From positions 7,500-71,499 of the forward strand of contig CALAOR010000057.1 of the NCBI GenBank assembly GCA_937889595.1: a DNA stretch of 64,000 nt, written 5' to 3'. This document shows, piece by piece, positions 7,969-17,736 of this stretch. This stretch comes from an uncultured bacterium (GTDB lineage Bacteria; Oederibacteriota; PGYV01; Palsa-1178). Made by a program: the position numbers and the translations under genes. The notes beneath the pieces are model-generated. The model ran no database searches. It saw nothing but the letters and a program-made list of their open reading frames with translations, and had not been told where the DNA came from. Every line of letters starts with the position of its first letter. Within the stretch, counting starts at the first letter, position 1.

Positions 7969-10089
7969 CTATATAACTTCCGTGAAGTTTACCTCTATAT
8001 CCGAACCTTCGTATATCTGCGTGGTGTACCCGGCTTTTTCTCCGTTTACTTTCAGCTCCAGCATCCTGCCCTTGGCGCGTTCCATGTTTACGGGGTAGAA
8101 CTTGAATATGGAGGAGAGTATCATTTTCTCTTCCGTCAGTTTCTGCTCCAGTACCGCGCCGTTTATTATGAACTCGTCTTCCGGGACCTTCCTGCCGTTC
8201 ATGTATATATCGCTTTTTTCCTGCTCGAGCTCAAATGGCTTGCCGTTAATCATGACTTTTATTTTTTTTGCGGCCGTGTTCTTCAGGAGGTCTTTTATCC
8301 TGTAAAAAGCCGGGGAATCCACATACACAACCTTGTCCATGTTCCGCAGCGTATAACCGGGGGACACTTCAGCGCCGTTGACTTTCAGCTGGAAATTCCG
8401 CTGTTTTAGTATCACGGGCTCCTTGTTTACCGTCACTATGATATCGCGTTCATTGGACGCGCCCATCTCAAATCCCGCGCGCGCAAGCGCTTCTTTTATA
8501 TTATCCACCCTTTTTACCTCGATCTCAGCCCTGTCGCGGAGCGCCTCTTCCATGCTTACTTCCCTGCCGCCGCATAATACTACGGGCGCTATGTCGTGTT
8601 TTCTTCCGTTTATTTCCACGGTTGTGACGTAGCTTTCATGCACTATGTCTTTTATCAGGGCGTACGCGTTGTCACCGTCCTTTACCGGGCTGATAACCAG
8701 CACATCCCCGTGTTTTATTTCCGAATCAAGGTCTTTTTCCGCGTTGTTGACATAGACTTTAGAGTGCTCGGCACGGCTGCCGCGCAGTATTTTCAGCTCT
8801 CCGTTAAAAGTAAAGGTAATGGCCTGGCCGGGCCTGCCGTAAAGTTTTTTCAGTTCCATGCCCCTTGACATAATGACATCCATCACGGTTATTTTTTGCT
8901 CGAGGTTTATTATGTATTCCTTTTCCCCGTTAACCGTCACTTCCACAAAACCTATGCCTTTTTTAAAAAGCGCCGTTTCCAGGATACCAAGCGGGGTTAT
9001 TCCCTCTGTGCCTTTAAGCGAATCAGGCAGGTTTTCTATGTTTGTTATGGATTCAGGCGTCCTGCTTCCGACCCTGTTGATGGGCAATCCCAGATTCTCC
9101 GCCACTTTTTCGCGAAGTGCAAGCAGGGAGCTTCCGCCGCCCACCATTACCACGGCCTGCGGCTGTTTTCCGTTTAAGTTCAGGATCTCATCCGCTATGT
9201 CCTTTGCAACTTCCTCAGCTTTTGGCTCTGCCGCGGCTTTGAATCCGTCATAAGTGACCGTCACTGGTTGGTTGAAAATGTCCCTTGCTTCAAACACGCG
9301 CTCCGCGCTTGTTTCCCTTTTTATCCTCTCAGCCGTATTAAAGTCAACAAGGTACTCATGGCATATGGCCTCTGTTATCTCGTCGCCGGCTTTTGGTATC
9401 ATTCCGTAAGCGGTTATCTTATTTTTTTCGGTGATGGCTATGTCCGAAGTTCCGGCCCCCACATCCACAAGTGCGAGGTTCAAAAGCCTCATATCGTCGG
9501 GTATGGTGACATAAAGGGCCGCAATCGGCTCGAGCGTTATATACTCAAGGGTTAAGGAACAGTTTTTTAATACCGCTATCATGGAGTCAAGCACTGGTTT
9601 TGGCAGGAATGTGACTAAAGTTGAAACACCGACCGTATGTTTGGCGATTTGCTGCACCGGGTTTTTAATGTGCTCGCCGTCAACGCTGAAAGCAACCGGG
9701 GAATATCCCACGCAGTAATAATCCTTTTTCTTGTCCAGGGCAAGCTGTGACAAGCCCCGCCTTACGCTTTCAAGTTCCAGGTACGCAAGGTCTTCTTTTG
9801 TTATCTCTCCTTTTTTCTCCATTTCAGCTTCTGTTTTTTCCGTGTGCAGGCTTCTGCCCGCGAGCGCGGTGGTAACTTTTTCTATTATAATATTGTTCTT
9901 TTCTTCAAGTTTTCTTTTTATTTTATTTACTATTGTGGTGACGTCTTCTATATTATGTATCTGCCCGTCAAGCATGGCACGCTTATCATGCTCTAATACC
10001 ACGGCATCTATGATGTGCACCTTGTCCCCGCGCATCTCGCCGAGTATCCCGGCGACCTTGCGTGTTCCGATGTCTAAAGCAAATATCAT
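7969..10089 (-). CDS. FtsA/PilM-family actin-like ATPase (about 400 aa) fused to about 300 aa of six tandem small 'VNG(E/K)...GD' beta-grasp-like (ThiS/MoaD-like?) modules
   Basis: N-terminus LDIGTRKVAGILGE; phosphate-2 and adenosine motifs (LVDVGAGTSDIAI, VVMVGGGSSLLALRE) resemble FtsA. The C-terminus contains repeated TVNGEKEY.., TFNGELKI..GDVLVISPV, EINGRKHD.., KVNGAEVS.., MINGKPFE.., KVNGEKAG.. units. Confidence 0.7.
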   Translation of the reverse strand: MIFALDIGTRKVAGILGEMRGDKVHIIDAVVLEHDKRAMLDGQIHNIEDVTTIVNKIKRKLEEKNNIIIEKVTTALAGRSLHTEKTEAEMEKKGEITKEDLAYLELESVRRGLSQLALDKKKDYYCVGYSPVAFSVDGEHIKNPVQQIAKHTVGVSTLVTFLPKPVLDSMIAVLKNCSLTLEYITLEPIAALYVTIPDDMRLLNLALVDVGAGTSDIAITEKNKITAYGMIPKAGDEITEAICHEYLVDFNTAERIKRETSAERVFEARDIFNQPVTVTYDGFKAAAEPKAEEVAKDIADEILNLNGKQPQAVVMVGGGSSLLALREKVAENLGLPINRVGSRTPESITNIENLPDSLKGTEGITPLGILETALFKKGIGFVEVTVNGEKEYIINLEQKITVMDVIMSRGMELKKLYGRPGQAITFTFNGELKILRGSRAEHSKVYVNNAEKDLDSEIKHGDVLVISPVKDGDNAYALIKDIVHESYVTTVEINGRKHDIAPVVLCGGREVSMEEALRDRAEIEVKRVDNIKEALARAGFEMGASNERDIIVTVNKEPVILKQRNFQLKVNGAEVSPGYTLRNMDKVVYVDSPAFYRIKDLLKNTAAKKIKVMINGKPFELEQEKSDIYMNGRKVPEDEFIINGAVLEQKLTEEKMILSSIFKFYPVNMERAKGRMLELKVNGEKAGYTTQIYEGSDIEVNFTEVI

Positions 10090-10210
10090 ATTTTTTCCTC
10101 CGTAAAATCTATTTTAAGGCTTATCATGGAACTGAGGAAGCCCGTCGCCATAAAACTAAATCGGCTCCTCGCAATGACGACTAAACCCGGGTCTACAATT
10201 TAATGCGCCT

Positions 10211-10834
10211 TTAACTCACCCTTATCGCCGTCAGCAGCACTTTCACCGAAGGCTCGTCCGGTATCAGCAGCAGATACCCTTTTATGGCTTTTTCATTTGC
10301 CTCGGAAAATTGGGTTTCTATCGACAATATATGCGATGACATTCCGTCAAATCCGTCCGCTAATGACGAAAAAATGGCGCTTGCTATGTCAAACACCAGG
10401 TTCGGAACGGACGGCAGCAGCATGAGCCCCAAAAACTCGTTCAGCGAATTCATGTATGCGCCTGCCAGTATGTTTCCTGTTTCTTTTATCGCCGAGTTGC
10501 CGACTTCGGACAGCACTTTTGTCGACCCGGCGGGTTTTTGCAGCAGCAAATCAACCAGATTTAAGGCTGACTCCCTTGTCAAAAGCAGGAGTATTTTTGA
10601 AGTTATATCGCCCAGGACATTCATGATAACCCCTGCTACCAGCGTATTTGGGTCCCCCAAAAGCGAATCAATCTCCTGTGTCTTGATCACTTTTACTTCA
10701 GGCACGGATATCATAATTTTTTTCTTAATAAGCTGTGACAGGGCCGTGGCAGCGTGCCCGGCGCCTATGTTCCCGACTTCCTTTAAAGCATCTATCTGGG
10801 CGTCTGATAATGTCTGTAAACTGTTGTCCGACAC
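10211..10834 (-). CDS. cheC: CheC-family CheY-P phosphatase (copy 1)
   Basis: Two CheC consensus motifs (EVGNIGAGHAATALSQL and EVGNSAIKETGNILAGAYMNSL...P). Confidence 0.85.
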   Translation of the reverse strand: MSDNSLQTLSDAQIDALKEVGNIGAGHAATALSQLIKKKIMISVPEVKVIKTQEIDSLLGDPNTLVAGVIMNVLGDITSKILLLLTRESALNLVDLLLQKPAGSTKVLSEVGNSAIKETGNILAGAYMNSLNEFLGLMLLPSVPNLVFDIASAIFSSLADGFDGMSSHILSIETQFSEANEKAIKGYLLLIPDEPSVKVLLTAIRVS

Positions 10835-10940
10835 GGGGTCTCCTGTTGATTTTGATTTGTTCTCTGTTCTCTGTTCTACGTTCTATGTTATAAGCACTTT
10901 GTCCTTACACAGAACAAAGAACATAGAACATAGAACACTC

Positions 10941-12974
10941 TTAAACCATTTTGAGGTTGCTCTCAATAAGCGCCTGTATGTCCACGATCAGGCTGATCGA
11001 ACCGTCACCGAGTATGGTAACTCCCGAAAAACCTTTGGCAAACTTTAAAAATTCCCCCAGGCTTTTTATGGCTATTTCCTGCTGTCCCAATACTGAATCA
11101 ACAGTCAAGGCTATTTTTTTATCCCTTGCTTCTATTATCACCATATTTACTATTTCACTTTCCTTCTGCCTTCCTTTTCCTATCAGTTCGGAAAGCGAAA
11201 GCACGGGCACAACTTCGCCGCGCAGTATTATGACCCGCCTTGCCTGTATGTCCTTTATGTCTTTTGAAGGGAATTCAACGGTTTCTATGGTATGTATGAC
11301 CGGTATCGCATATGTGGCGCCGGCGGCCTTGACTAACAGGGCCTGTATTATGGCAAGCGTAAGGGGGAGCTTGAGTATTGATTTCATGCCCTCTCCCTGA
11401 TAATTTTCCATCCTGAATATCCCGCCGAATGCCTCTACTTTTGTCTTCACAACGTCGACTCCGACCCCCCTGCCCGACACATTATCCACTTTCTCGGCCG
11501 TTGAAAATCCGGGGATTGAAATTAAATTTACAAGTTCATCATCGGTTAAGGTGTCCAGTTTGTCAAGCGGCATGAGTTTTTTTTCAATTGCCTTTTTCCT
11601 GACTTTCTCCAGATTGATGCCGCGCCCGTCATCGGAAACTTCAATGATTACGGAGTTGCGGTCGCGCCGGGCGGAGAGCCTTATCACTCCTTTTTTTGTT
11701 TTGCCCGCGTTCTCACGCTGTTCGGGTGTTTCCAGGCCGTGTGCTATGCAGTTGCGGACCAGGTGGAGAATGGGTTCGTTTATTTCCTCTAATACCGTCC
11801 TGTCTATCTCTATGTCGCCTCCTGTTATCTCCACTTCAACCAGTTTTCCGGCCTGGCTGCTCAAATCGCGCACTATGCGCGGATAACGGTCAAATATATG
11901 GGAAACGGGGAGCATCCTGACGTCGGTTACCTCTATCTGCAGTTCGTCTATGATCCTGTCAAACTCATCCACGGTCGACGCTAAATCCCTGTAAGTCTTG
12001 TTCCTTGCTATCTGGTCAAGCCTTATCTTGGCTATAACAAGCTCGCCCACCAGGTTCATCATGGAATCAAGCTTTTCTATATTCACACGGACGCTTTGCG
12101 AGATTGCAGATGGTTTTTTTTCATTCTCAGCCGCAATTATTTCCTTATCACCGTTTTCAGCGTGCTTAAGATTTTCCTTTATTTCCTTTTTTTGAGCGCG
12201 TACTTCTTCTATGTCCGCCTTTTCAATTTCAGCTATCCTGGATATTGACTGTTCTATTTCCTGCGCAGGCGCTTTTGATACAAAACCCAGCTCAAAAGAA
12301 TTGTCAAAATTTCCTTCCTCTATGTCTTTTGCCTTAGGTGAAGATTTTACTATCTCTCCTTTTTCAGACAAATTGCGCGAGACCATGAAAGCCCTGACGC
12401 TTTTAAAAGCGCATGTCCTGGCTATGGTGACTTTTATCCTGTAGACTTTCATCCCTTGCGCGGCCGCTTCATTTAATATGAGGTCCTCTATGATAATGCC
12501 TGTTTCCGTTTTTAACGGGTCCGTTTCTCCGCTTAAAGACGCGGCAGGTACGGCCTGACGCGGTTGGGCGGCGGTTTTTATTTCCCGGGCAGGCGCCGAG
12601 CTTTTTGCCTTAATCTGGATTATTATATCCTTATAGCCTTTCGCAAAATCAACGTTTTGGTTCCTTATATTGTCGATAAACTCCTGCATTACATCTATGG
12701 ACCTAAAAAGCAGGTTTACTATGTCAATATCGGGCGCGAGCGTTCCGCCCCTGATCCTGTCCATAACGTCTTCGAGCATGTGGGTAAACTCAGCCAACTT
12801 ATCGTAGCCCATGGTTGCCGACATGCCTTTTAAGGTATGGGCCGCCCTGAAAAGTTCGTTTAAGGGCGTTAAGTCCTCAATGTTCTTTTCAAAATTAAGG
12901 AGAGCCTTGTTTAAGTTGTTTATGTTTTCCACAGCTTCCTCTAAAAACGCCTCTTTGTAGCTCTCAGTGTTCAT
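10941..12974 (-). CDS. cheA: Chemotaxis histidine kinase CheA
   Basis: Hpt (HTLKGMSATMG), dimerisation, HATPase_c and C-terminal CheW-like domains. Confidence 0.95.
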   Translation of the reverse strand: MNTESYKEAFLEEAVENINNLNKALLNFEKNIEDLTPLNELFRAAHTLKGMSATMGYDKLAEFTHMLEDVMDRIRGGTLAPDIDIVNLLFRSIDVMQEFIDNIRNQNVDFAKGYKDIIIQIKAKSSAPAREIKTAAQPRQAVPAASLSGETDPLKTETGIIIEDLILNEAAAQGMKVYRIKVTIARTCAFKSVRAFMVSRNLSEKGEIVKSSPKAKDIEEGNFDNSFELGFVSKAPAQEIEQSISRIAEIEKADIEEVRAQKKEIKENLKHAENGDKEIIAAENEKKPSAISQSVRVNIEKLDSMMNLVGELVIAKIRLDQIARNKTYRDLASTVDEFDRIIDELQIEVTDVRMLPVSHIFDRYPRIVRDLSSQAGKLVEVEITGGDIEIDRTVLEEINEPILHLVRNCIAHGLETPEQRENAGKTKKGVIRLSARRDRNSVIIEVSDDGRGINLEKVRKKAIEKKLMPLDKLDTLTDDELVNLISIPGFSTAEKVDNVSGRGVGVDVVKTKVEAFGGIFRMENYQGEGMKSILKLPLTLAIIQALLVKAAGATYAIPVIHTIETVEFPSKDIKDIQARRVIILRGEVVPVLSLSELIGKGRQKESEIVNMVIIEARDKKIALTVDSVLGQQEIAIKSLGEFLKFAKGFSGVTILGDGSISLIVDIQALIESNLKMV

Positions 12975-14035
12975 TTTGCTTCCCTTGTCATTATATTTAT
13001 TTCTTCGGTTATAAAATCCGCTATCTCATTTATGGGAAGGACCTTATCCGCGTAACCCTTATCAACTACGGATTTCGGCATTCCGTAAATCACGGAAGTG
13101 TCCTTGTCCTGGACTATTATCCTTGCTTTTTTTTCCTTTATTTTTTCCACCCCTGCTGTCCCGTCCCTGCCCATACCGGTCAGGATAACTCCTATAAGAC
13201 TTCCTTCAAAAACTTTTGCGGCGGAAAATAATGTCATGTCAGCGCATGGCCTGACCCCGAGCCTGGTCGGTTCCTGGTTCAATTCCACCCTGTATTCCGC
13301 GCCGGATTTTAATATTTCCATATGGTAATTGCCGGGTGCCACATAAGCCGTACCGGCTTTGATTATCTCGCCGTGCACAGCCTCCTTGACATGTATGAGA
13401 GATAATGAGTTAAGCCTGTCGGCAAGCGATTTAGTGAACCCTTCCGACATGTGCTGTATAATAAGGTATGAAGCCGGCAGATTGCGGGGTATTTTCGGCA
13501 CTACTTCGGTTAAGGCCCGTGGCCCTCCCGTTGATGTTGCTATTATTACCATAATCTCATTTTTTTGCTGTATTTCTTTTTCAGGATGTTTTACTTCCAC
13601 GTCTTCGGGCAGTGTAAAGGTTACCTTGTTCAAATCTATACTTTTTGCGGCCTTTATTTTTTCAACAAGCTCCTTCTGTATCTTTTTTATGTCCAGCGAT
13701 ATTTCGCCTGAAGGCTTGCATACAAAATCCACCGCCCCATACTGAAGTGCCTTAATTGTGATATCCGCGCCTTTGGGCGTGTAGGCTGACAACATGATCA
13801 CCGGGGTCGGTTTTTCGCTCATTATGTAGCCTAAGGTATGCAGCCCGTCCATTTCCGGCATTTCAACGTCAAGAGTGATTACATCCGGGGACAATTCCAT
13901 AGTTTTCTTAAATGCGTCCCTGCCGTCTTTGGCGGTCGCTATAACCTCTATATCCGGATCCTCGTTTAACATGTCCGGAATTATCTTGCGCATGAAAGCT
14001 GAGTCATCGACGACCAAGACCCGTATTTTAGCCAT
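12971..14035 (-). CDS. cheB: Chemotaxis methylesterase CheB (REC + CheB_methylest)
   Basis: N-terminal receiver domain (VLVVDDSAFMR) and a methylesterase domain with the catalytic Ser-His-Asp region. 4-bp overlap with cheA. Confidence 0.95.
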   Translation of the reverse strand: MAKIRVLVVDDSAFMRKIIPDMLNEDPDIEVIATAKDGRDAFKKTMELSPDVITLDVEMPEMDGLHTLGYIMSEKPTPVIMLSAYTPKGADITIKALQYGAVDFVCKPSGEISLDIKKIQKELVEKIKAAKSIDLNKVTFTLPEDVEVKHPEKEIQQKNEIMVIIATSTGGPRALTEVVPKIPRNLPASYLIIQHMSEGFTKSLADRLNSLSLIHVKEAVHGEIIKAGTAYVAPGNYHMEILKSGAEYRVELNQEPTRLGVRPCADMTLFSAAKVFEGSLIGVILTGMGRDGTAGVEKIKEKKARIIVQDKDTSVIYGMPKSVVDKGYADKVLPINEIADFITEEINIMTREAK

Positions 14036-14038
14036 ATA

Positions 14039-14401
14039 TTACTCCTGGAGCGTTCTGTCTACAGCTTCCAACACTCTTGTAGGTTGGAAAGGCTTTATGA
14101 CAAAATCCTTTGCTCCTGCCTGTATTGCTTCTATCACGAGCGCCTGCTGCCCCATGGCGCTGCACATCAGTATCTTAGCATTTGGGTCAAACTTCATTAT
14201 TTCCTTTACTGCCTGTATTCCGTCTATTTCCGGCATTATTATATCCATGGTCACAATATCCGGCCTTAACTCCTTGTATTTTTCTATGGCATCCCTGCCG
14301 TTTACGGCCTCGCCCGCTATCTCAAGGTCCTTTTTCTTTAATATGCCGGCCAGGATGTTCCTCATGAATTTTGTATCATCAACTATTAGGACTTTCTTCA
14401 A
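14039..14401 (-). CDS. cheY: CheY-like response regulator (copy 1). Probable TTG start at 14401 preceded by AAGGAGG; the longest ORF extends to 14425.
   Basis: Receiver domain with the DD...D...K signature. RBS AAGGAGG lies 5 nt upstream of the internal TTG. Confidence 0.85.
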   Translation of the reverse strand: MKKVLIVDDTKFMRNILAGILKKKDLEIAGEAVNGRDAIEKYKELRPDIVTMDIIMPEIDGIQAVKEIMKFDPNAKILMCSAMGQQALVIEAIQAGAKDFVIKPFQPTRVLEAVDRTLQE

Positions 14402-14870
14402 ATTTTCCTCCTTCAGATAGCGCAATAATTTTAAGTTTGTCCTGTTCGTCCTCGGTAAATATTTTTTCTATGTCAAGCAGGACTATTATTTTATCTTCTA
14501 TTTTTACTATCGACTGTATATACCGCCCACCCGCGCCGGTTACAGTTGCCGGAGCCGCAAGCATATCGCTTTCTTTTGCGTTTATGACTTTCGTTACCTC
14601 GTCAACCACCACTCCCACAAGCTGGTGCTTGGCATATTCCACTATGACGATACGGAACATTATGGTCGCTTCCTTGCTTTCCATGCCAAAACGCCTGCGG
14701 AGGTCTATAATCGGGATTATTTTACCCCTCAAATTAATGACCCCTTCTATAAAATCCGGGGCCGTAGGAACCTCGGTTATCTCCTTAAGGCGTATTATTT
14801 CAACGACTTTCATGATCTCAAAAGCGTAGTCGTCCTCCCTTATTTTGAATCCTACTATTTTGCGTTCCAT
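14379..14870 (-). CDS. cheW: Chemotaxis coupling protein CheW
   Basis: Single CheW-like domain (EIIRLKEITEVPTAPDFIEGVINLRGKIIPIIDLRRRFG). Confidence 0.9.
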   Translation of the reverse strand: MERKIVGFKIREDDYAFEIMKVVEIIRLKEITEVPTAPDFIEGVINLRGKIIPIIDLRRRFGMESKEATIMFRIVIVEYAKHQLVGVVVDEVTKVINAKESDMLAAPATVTGAGGRYIQSIVKIEDKIIVLLDIEKIFTEDEQDKLKIIALSEGGKFEESPNS

Positions 14871-14873
14871 GGC

Positions 14874-16148
14874 TTAGGCCTTCTTTTCCAAATGGAATTT
14901 TGTCATGAGTCCCCTTAACACTTCGGCTGTCTGGGCCAATTCCTGCGCCTGCGCCGCTATTTCTTCCATGGAAGCTGTCTGCTCCTGGGTTGAAGCCGAG
15001 GCCTCCTGTGTTCCCGCAGCAGTTTCCTCGGCAACGGCCGCGATTTCCTCAACCGCTTTTACGACCTTGTCGGTATCCTGGGCCTGTGCCTTTGTAAGCA
15101 ATGTTATTTCGCCGGAAAGTTTTAGGACTTTTGCCACCACTTCATCTATCCTTTTCAGCACTTCGCCGCTTTCCGTCACCACTTTTTTTCCTTCTTCCGT
15201 TTCCTTTACGCCGATCATGATGGCCTTTACCACGCCGTCTGTTTTATCATGTATATCCTCAACAAGCCGTGTTATTTCCCTGGCGGAACTGGCCGAGCCT
15301 TCGGCAAGTTTCCTTACCTCGTCCGCGACAACCGCGAAACCGCGTCCTGCCTCGCCTGCGCGCGCCGCTTCTATAGCCGCATTTAAGGCCAGCAGGTTTG
15401 TCTCGTCGGCTATCTCGGTTATTGTGTTAACGACTTCCTCTATTTTTTCCGAATAAATTTTAAGCTCCTCCACGGAATCTTTTGCCTTGTTCGTCACATT
15501 GACTATGTCTTCCATCTTTATTATGGTTTCCCTTACCGCGTTCATGCCGTTTTCCGTTGCTTCTTTTGCGGATTTTGCCACACCAAGGACTTCCTCTGAT
15601 TTTTGGGCGACTTCCTGTATGGAATTTGACATGTTTTCCATGATACGGGATGTCTCCACGGTGCGCTCCGCCTGCTGCTCCACCCCGCGGGCTATCTGCT
15701 GCACTGTCGACGATATCTCCTCAGCCGAGGAGTTTATCTGCTGGGTGGAAGCGGATAAATTTTCAGCCAGGTTCATAATATTATCCGAAGAATCCCTGAA
15801 TTTTGAGAGCATGTTCTTAAGGCCGTCTATCATATTGTTCACGCTCTTGGTTATGTTCTTTAAAAACCCGGATTGTATTTTTGAGCCGTCGTTTATTTCT
15901 CCTAAAGCAAGCAAATCAAACTTAACGGCAAGCTTGTCAAACTTGTCCGCGCCTATTTTCAGGGCTGCGGCTGAATTCACGGCCATGAGCACGATGCATA
16001 AGCCCAGTATAAGCAGGAAGAAATTCAGGCTTTTTATCTCAATTCCGCCAAAAAAACATATAAGGAAAAATATAAGTCCCGCGCATAACGACACGCCGGC
16101 GTCGATCAATATGATCTTTGCCGTCAAGTCAAGATCTTTTTTTTCCAT
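14874..16148 (-). CDS. Methyl-accepting chemotaxis protein (2 TM, minimal periplasmic loop)
   Basis: MCP signalling domain with highly conserved hairpin tip ([39 protein letters not shown]). Confidence 0.9.
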   Translation of the reverse strand: MEKKDLDLTAKIILIDAGVSLCAGLIFFLICFFGGIEIKSLNFFLLILGLCIVLMAVNSAAALKIGADKFDKLAVKFDLLALGEINDGSKIQSGFLKNITKSVNNMIDGLKNMLSKFRDSSDNIMNLAENLSASTQQINSSAEEISSTVQQIARGVEQQAERTVETSRIMENMSNSIQEVAQKSEEVLGVAKSAKEATENGMNAVRETIIKMEDIVNVTNKAKDSVEELKIYSEKIEEVVNTITEIADETNLLALNAAIEAARAGEAGRGFAVVADEVRKLAEGSASSAREITRLVEDIHDKTDGVVKAIMIGVKETEEGKKVVTESGEVLKRIDEVVAKVLKLSGEITLLTKAQAQDTDKVVKAVEEIAAVAEETAAGTQEASASTQEQTASMEEIAAQAQELAQTAEVLRGLMTKFHLEKKA

Positions 16149-16163
16149 AACTTTAACCGCCCG

Positions 16164-16646
16164 TCATATGGTTTTTGTCCCGGCTGAATAACTTTTCACA
16201 ATAGCCGTCTTTGTCATGACCGAAAACTCTATGGTCCTGCCGTAATTACCGCCCGTGTCTTCGCCAATTAACGCGATGCCCTTGGAAGCCAGGCATTCTT
16301 TGGCTTTTTTAATATTTCTCTCCCCTATCGTCTCCATTTCATTTTTAACATCGAACATTTTCGCGCCGCCGAACATTTTGGCCTGCATGTCCTTTAAGTT
16401 GACGCCTTCTTTTATCATAGCCTTGACCATGTTTTCTATCCCCGCGTCCAGATACTTATTTTCAATGCCTTCTTTCCTGTTGTGCGGCCTCTCCGGCAGT
16501 ATACCGTGAAGCATCGCCGCGACCGGACGCAGCCTGTCATAACAGACAACGATAATACATGACCCTACCCCGAAAGCAGCCAGCAGATCCAAATTTTTCC
16601 CGGTTTTCAATTCGCCCATATTGACCTTTATCGAATCGGACGCCAT
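16164..16646 (-). CDS. cheD: Chemoreceptor glutamine deamidase CheD
   Basis: CheD family with the conserved Cys region (GVGSCIIVVCYD). Confidence 0.85.
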   Translation of the reverse strand: MASDSIKVNMGELKTGKNLDLLAAFGVGSCIIVVCYDRLRPVAAMLHGILPERPHNRKEGIENKYLDAGIENMVKAMIKEGVNLKDMQAKMFGGAKMFDVKNEMETIGERNIKKAKECLASKGIALIGEDTGGNYGRTIEFSVMTKTAIVKSYSAGTKTI

Positions 16647-16650
16647 TAAT

Positions 16651-17274
16651 TTAAGAGCCTTTTACGGTATTATTCAGTGCTTCCAGTATTTTTGCCATAG
16701 CATTTTTATCAGGTATAAGAAACAGCTTGCTTTTCAAATTTGTTATTTCCTCGGTCATTTCATTTTCAATCAGCATAGCCTCAGGCCCCATTTCAGCCAG
16801 TTCGGCCGAGATTGTTTCAAATATGGCGTCGACCATGTCCACTGCCAGAGCCGGGACGGAAGGCACCGAATTCAGGCCGATAAATTTTGCTATCGCATTA
16901 AGGTAGGCGGATACGATTATGTTCCCTATTTCTTTCAGGGCCGACTGCTCTGTCTCCCCGAATTCCTTTGTCTGCCCGAGCTTTCTCCTCATGAGCAGGT
17001 CCAAAAGCAGGAAAACTTTGTCCTGCGGGAATATTAAAAGCGCCCGCGCCTGTATTTCCCCGAATATGCGCATATAAACAGCAGCCACTATTTTTGCCTC
17101 ACGTGAGACCATTTCAGCCATTTTTTCGACCGGAACCATTACAATTGACGGCACATCTATGCTTATATCCCTGCCGAGCAGCTGGGACAGGGCCGTGGCC
17201 GCGCTTCCCGCGCCTATGTTCCCGAGTTCCTTTAAAGCATCCCGCTGAAAGTCACTGAGCTTATTATCGGCCAT
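16651..17274 (-). CDS. cheC: CheC-family CheY-P phosphatase (copy 2)
   Basis: Two CheC motifs (ELGNIGAGSAATALSQL; EIGNIIVSAYLNAI...P). Adjacent to cheD as in the B. subtilis cheC-cheD pair. Confidence 0.85.
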   Translation of the reverse strand: MADNKLSDFQRDALKELGNIGAGSAATALSQLLGRDISIDVPSIVMVPVEKMAEMVSREAKIVAAVYMRIFGEIQARALLIFPQDKVFLLLDLLMRRKLGQTKEFGETEQSALKEIGNIIVSAYLNAIAKFIGLNSVPSVPALAVDMVDAIFETISAELAEMGPEAMLIENEMTEEITNLKSKLFLIPDKNAMAKILEALNNTVKGS

Positions 17275-17276
17275 AG

Positions 17277-17642
17277 TCAGTTTCCTATAATTTTGCTTAC
17301 AGTTTCAAGCACGTTGGATTGTTCAAACGGCTTTACTATATAATCTTTCGCGCCTGCCTGTATGGCTTCTATAACCAGCGCCTGCTGCCCTATGGCGCTG
17401 CATATAAGTATGTTTGCGTTCGGAAATTCAGCGATTATGTTTTTAAGCACATCGATACCGCCCATTTCAGGCATGACCATGTCGGATATCAGCATATCCG
17501 GCTTCAACTCCTTGTACTTTTGTATGGCCTCGCGCCCGTTTGCGGCCTCTCCAACAACTTCATATCCGCCGCCCACAAGTATGTTCCTTAGCATCATGCG
17601 CATAAAAGACGCGTCGTCAGCTATTAATATTCTTTTTGCCAT
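17277..17642 (-). CDS. cheY: CheY-like response regulator (copy 2)
   Basis: Single receiver domain; paralogue of the 14039..14401 gene. Confidence 0.85.
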   Translation of the reverse strand: MAKRILIADDASFMRMMLRNILVGGGYEVVGEAANGREAIQKYKELKPDMLISDMVMPEMGGIDVLKNIIAEFPNANILICSAIGQQALVIEAIQAGAKDYIVKPFEQSNVLETVSKIIGN

Positions 17643-17736
17643 ATATTTTCTCCTTTTATTTTTTTCAGGCCCCTTGGGGCATTATTTTTGCGTTTAACAT
17701 ATTTTTCATTTTTTAATTTAAAATTTCAATTTTTAT

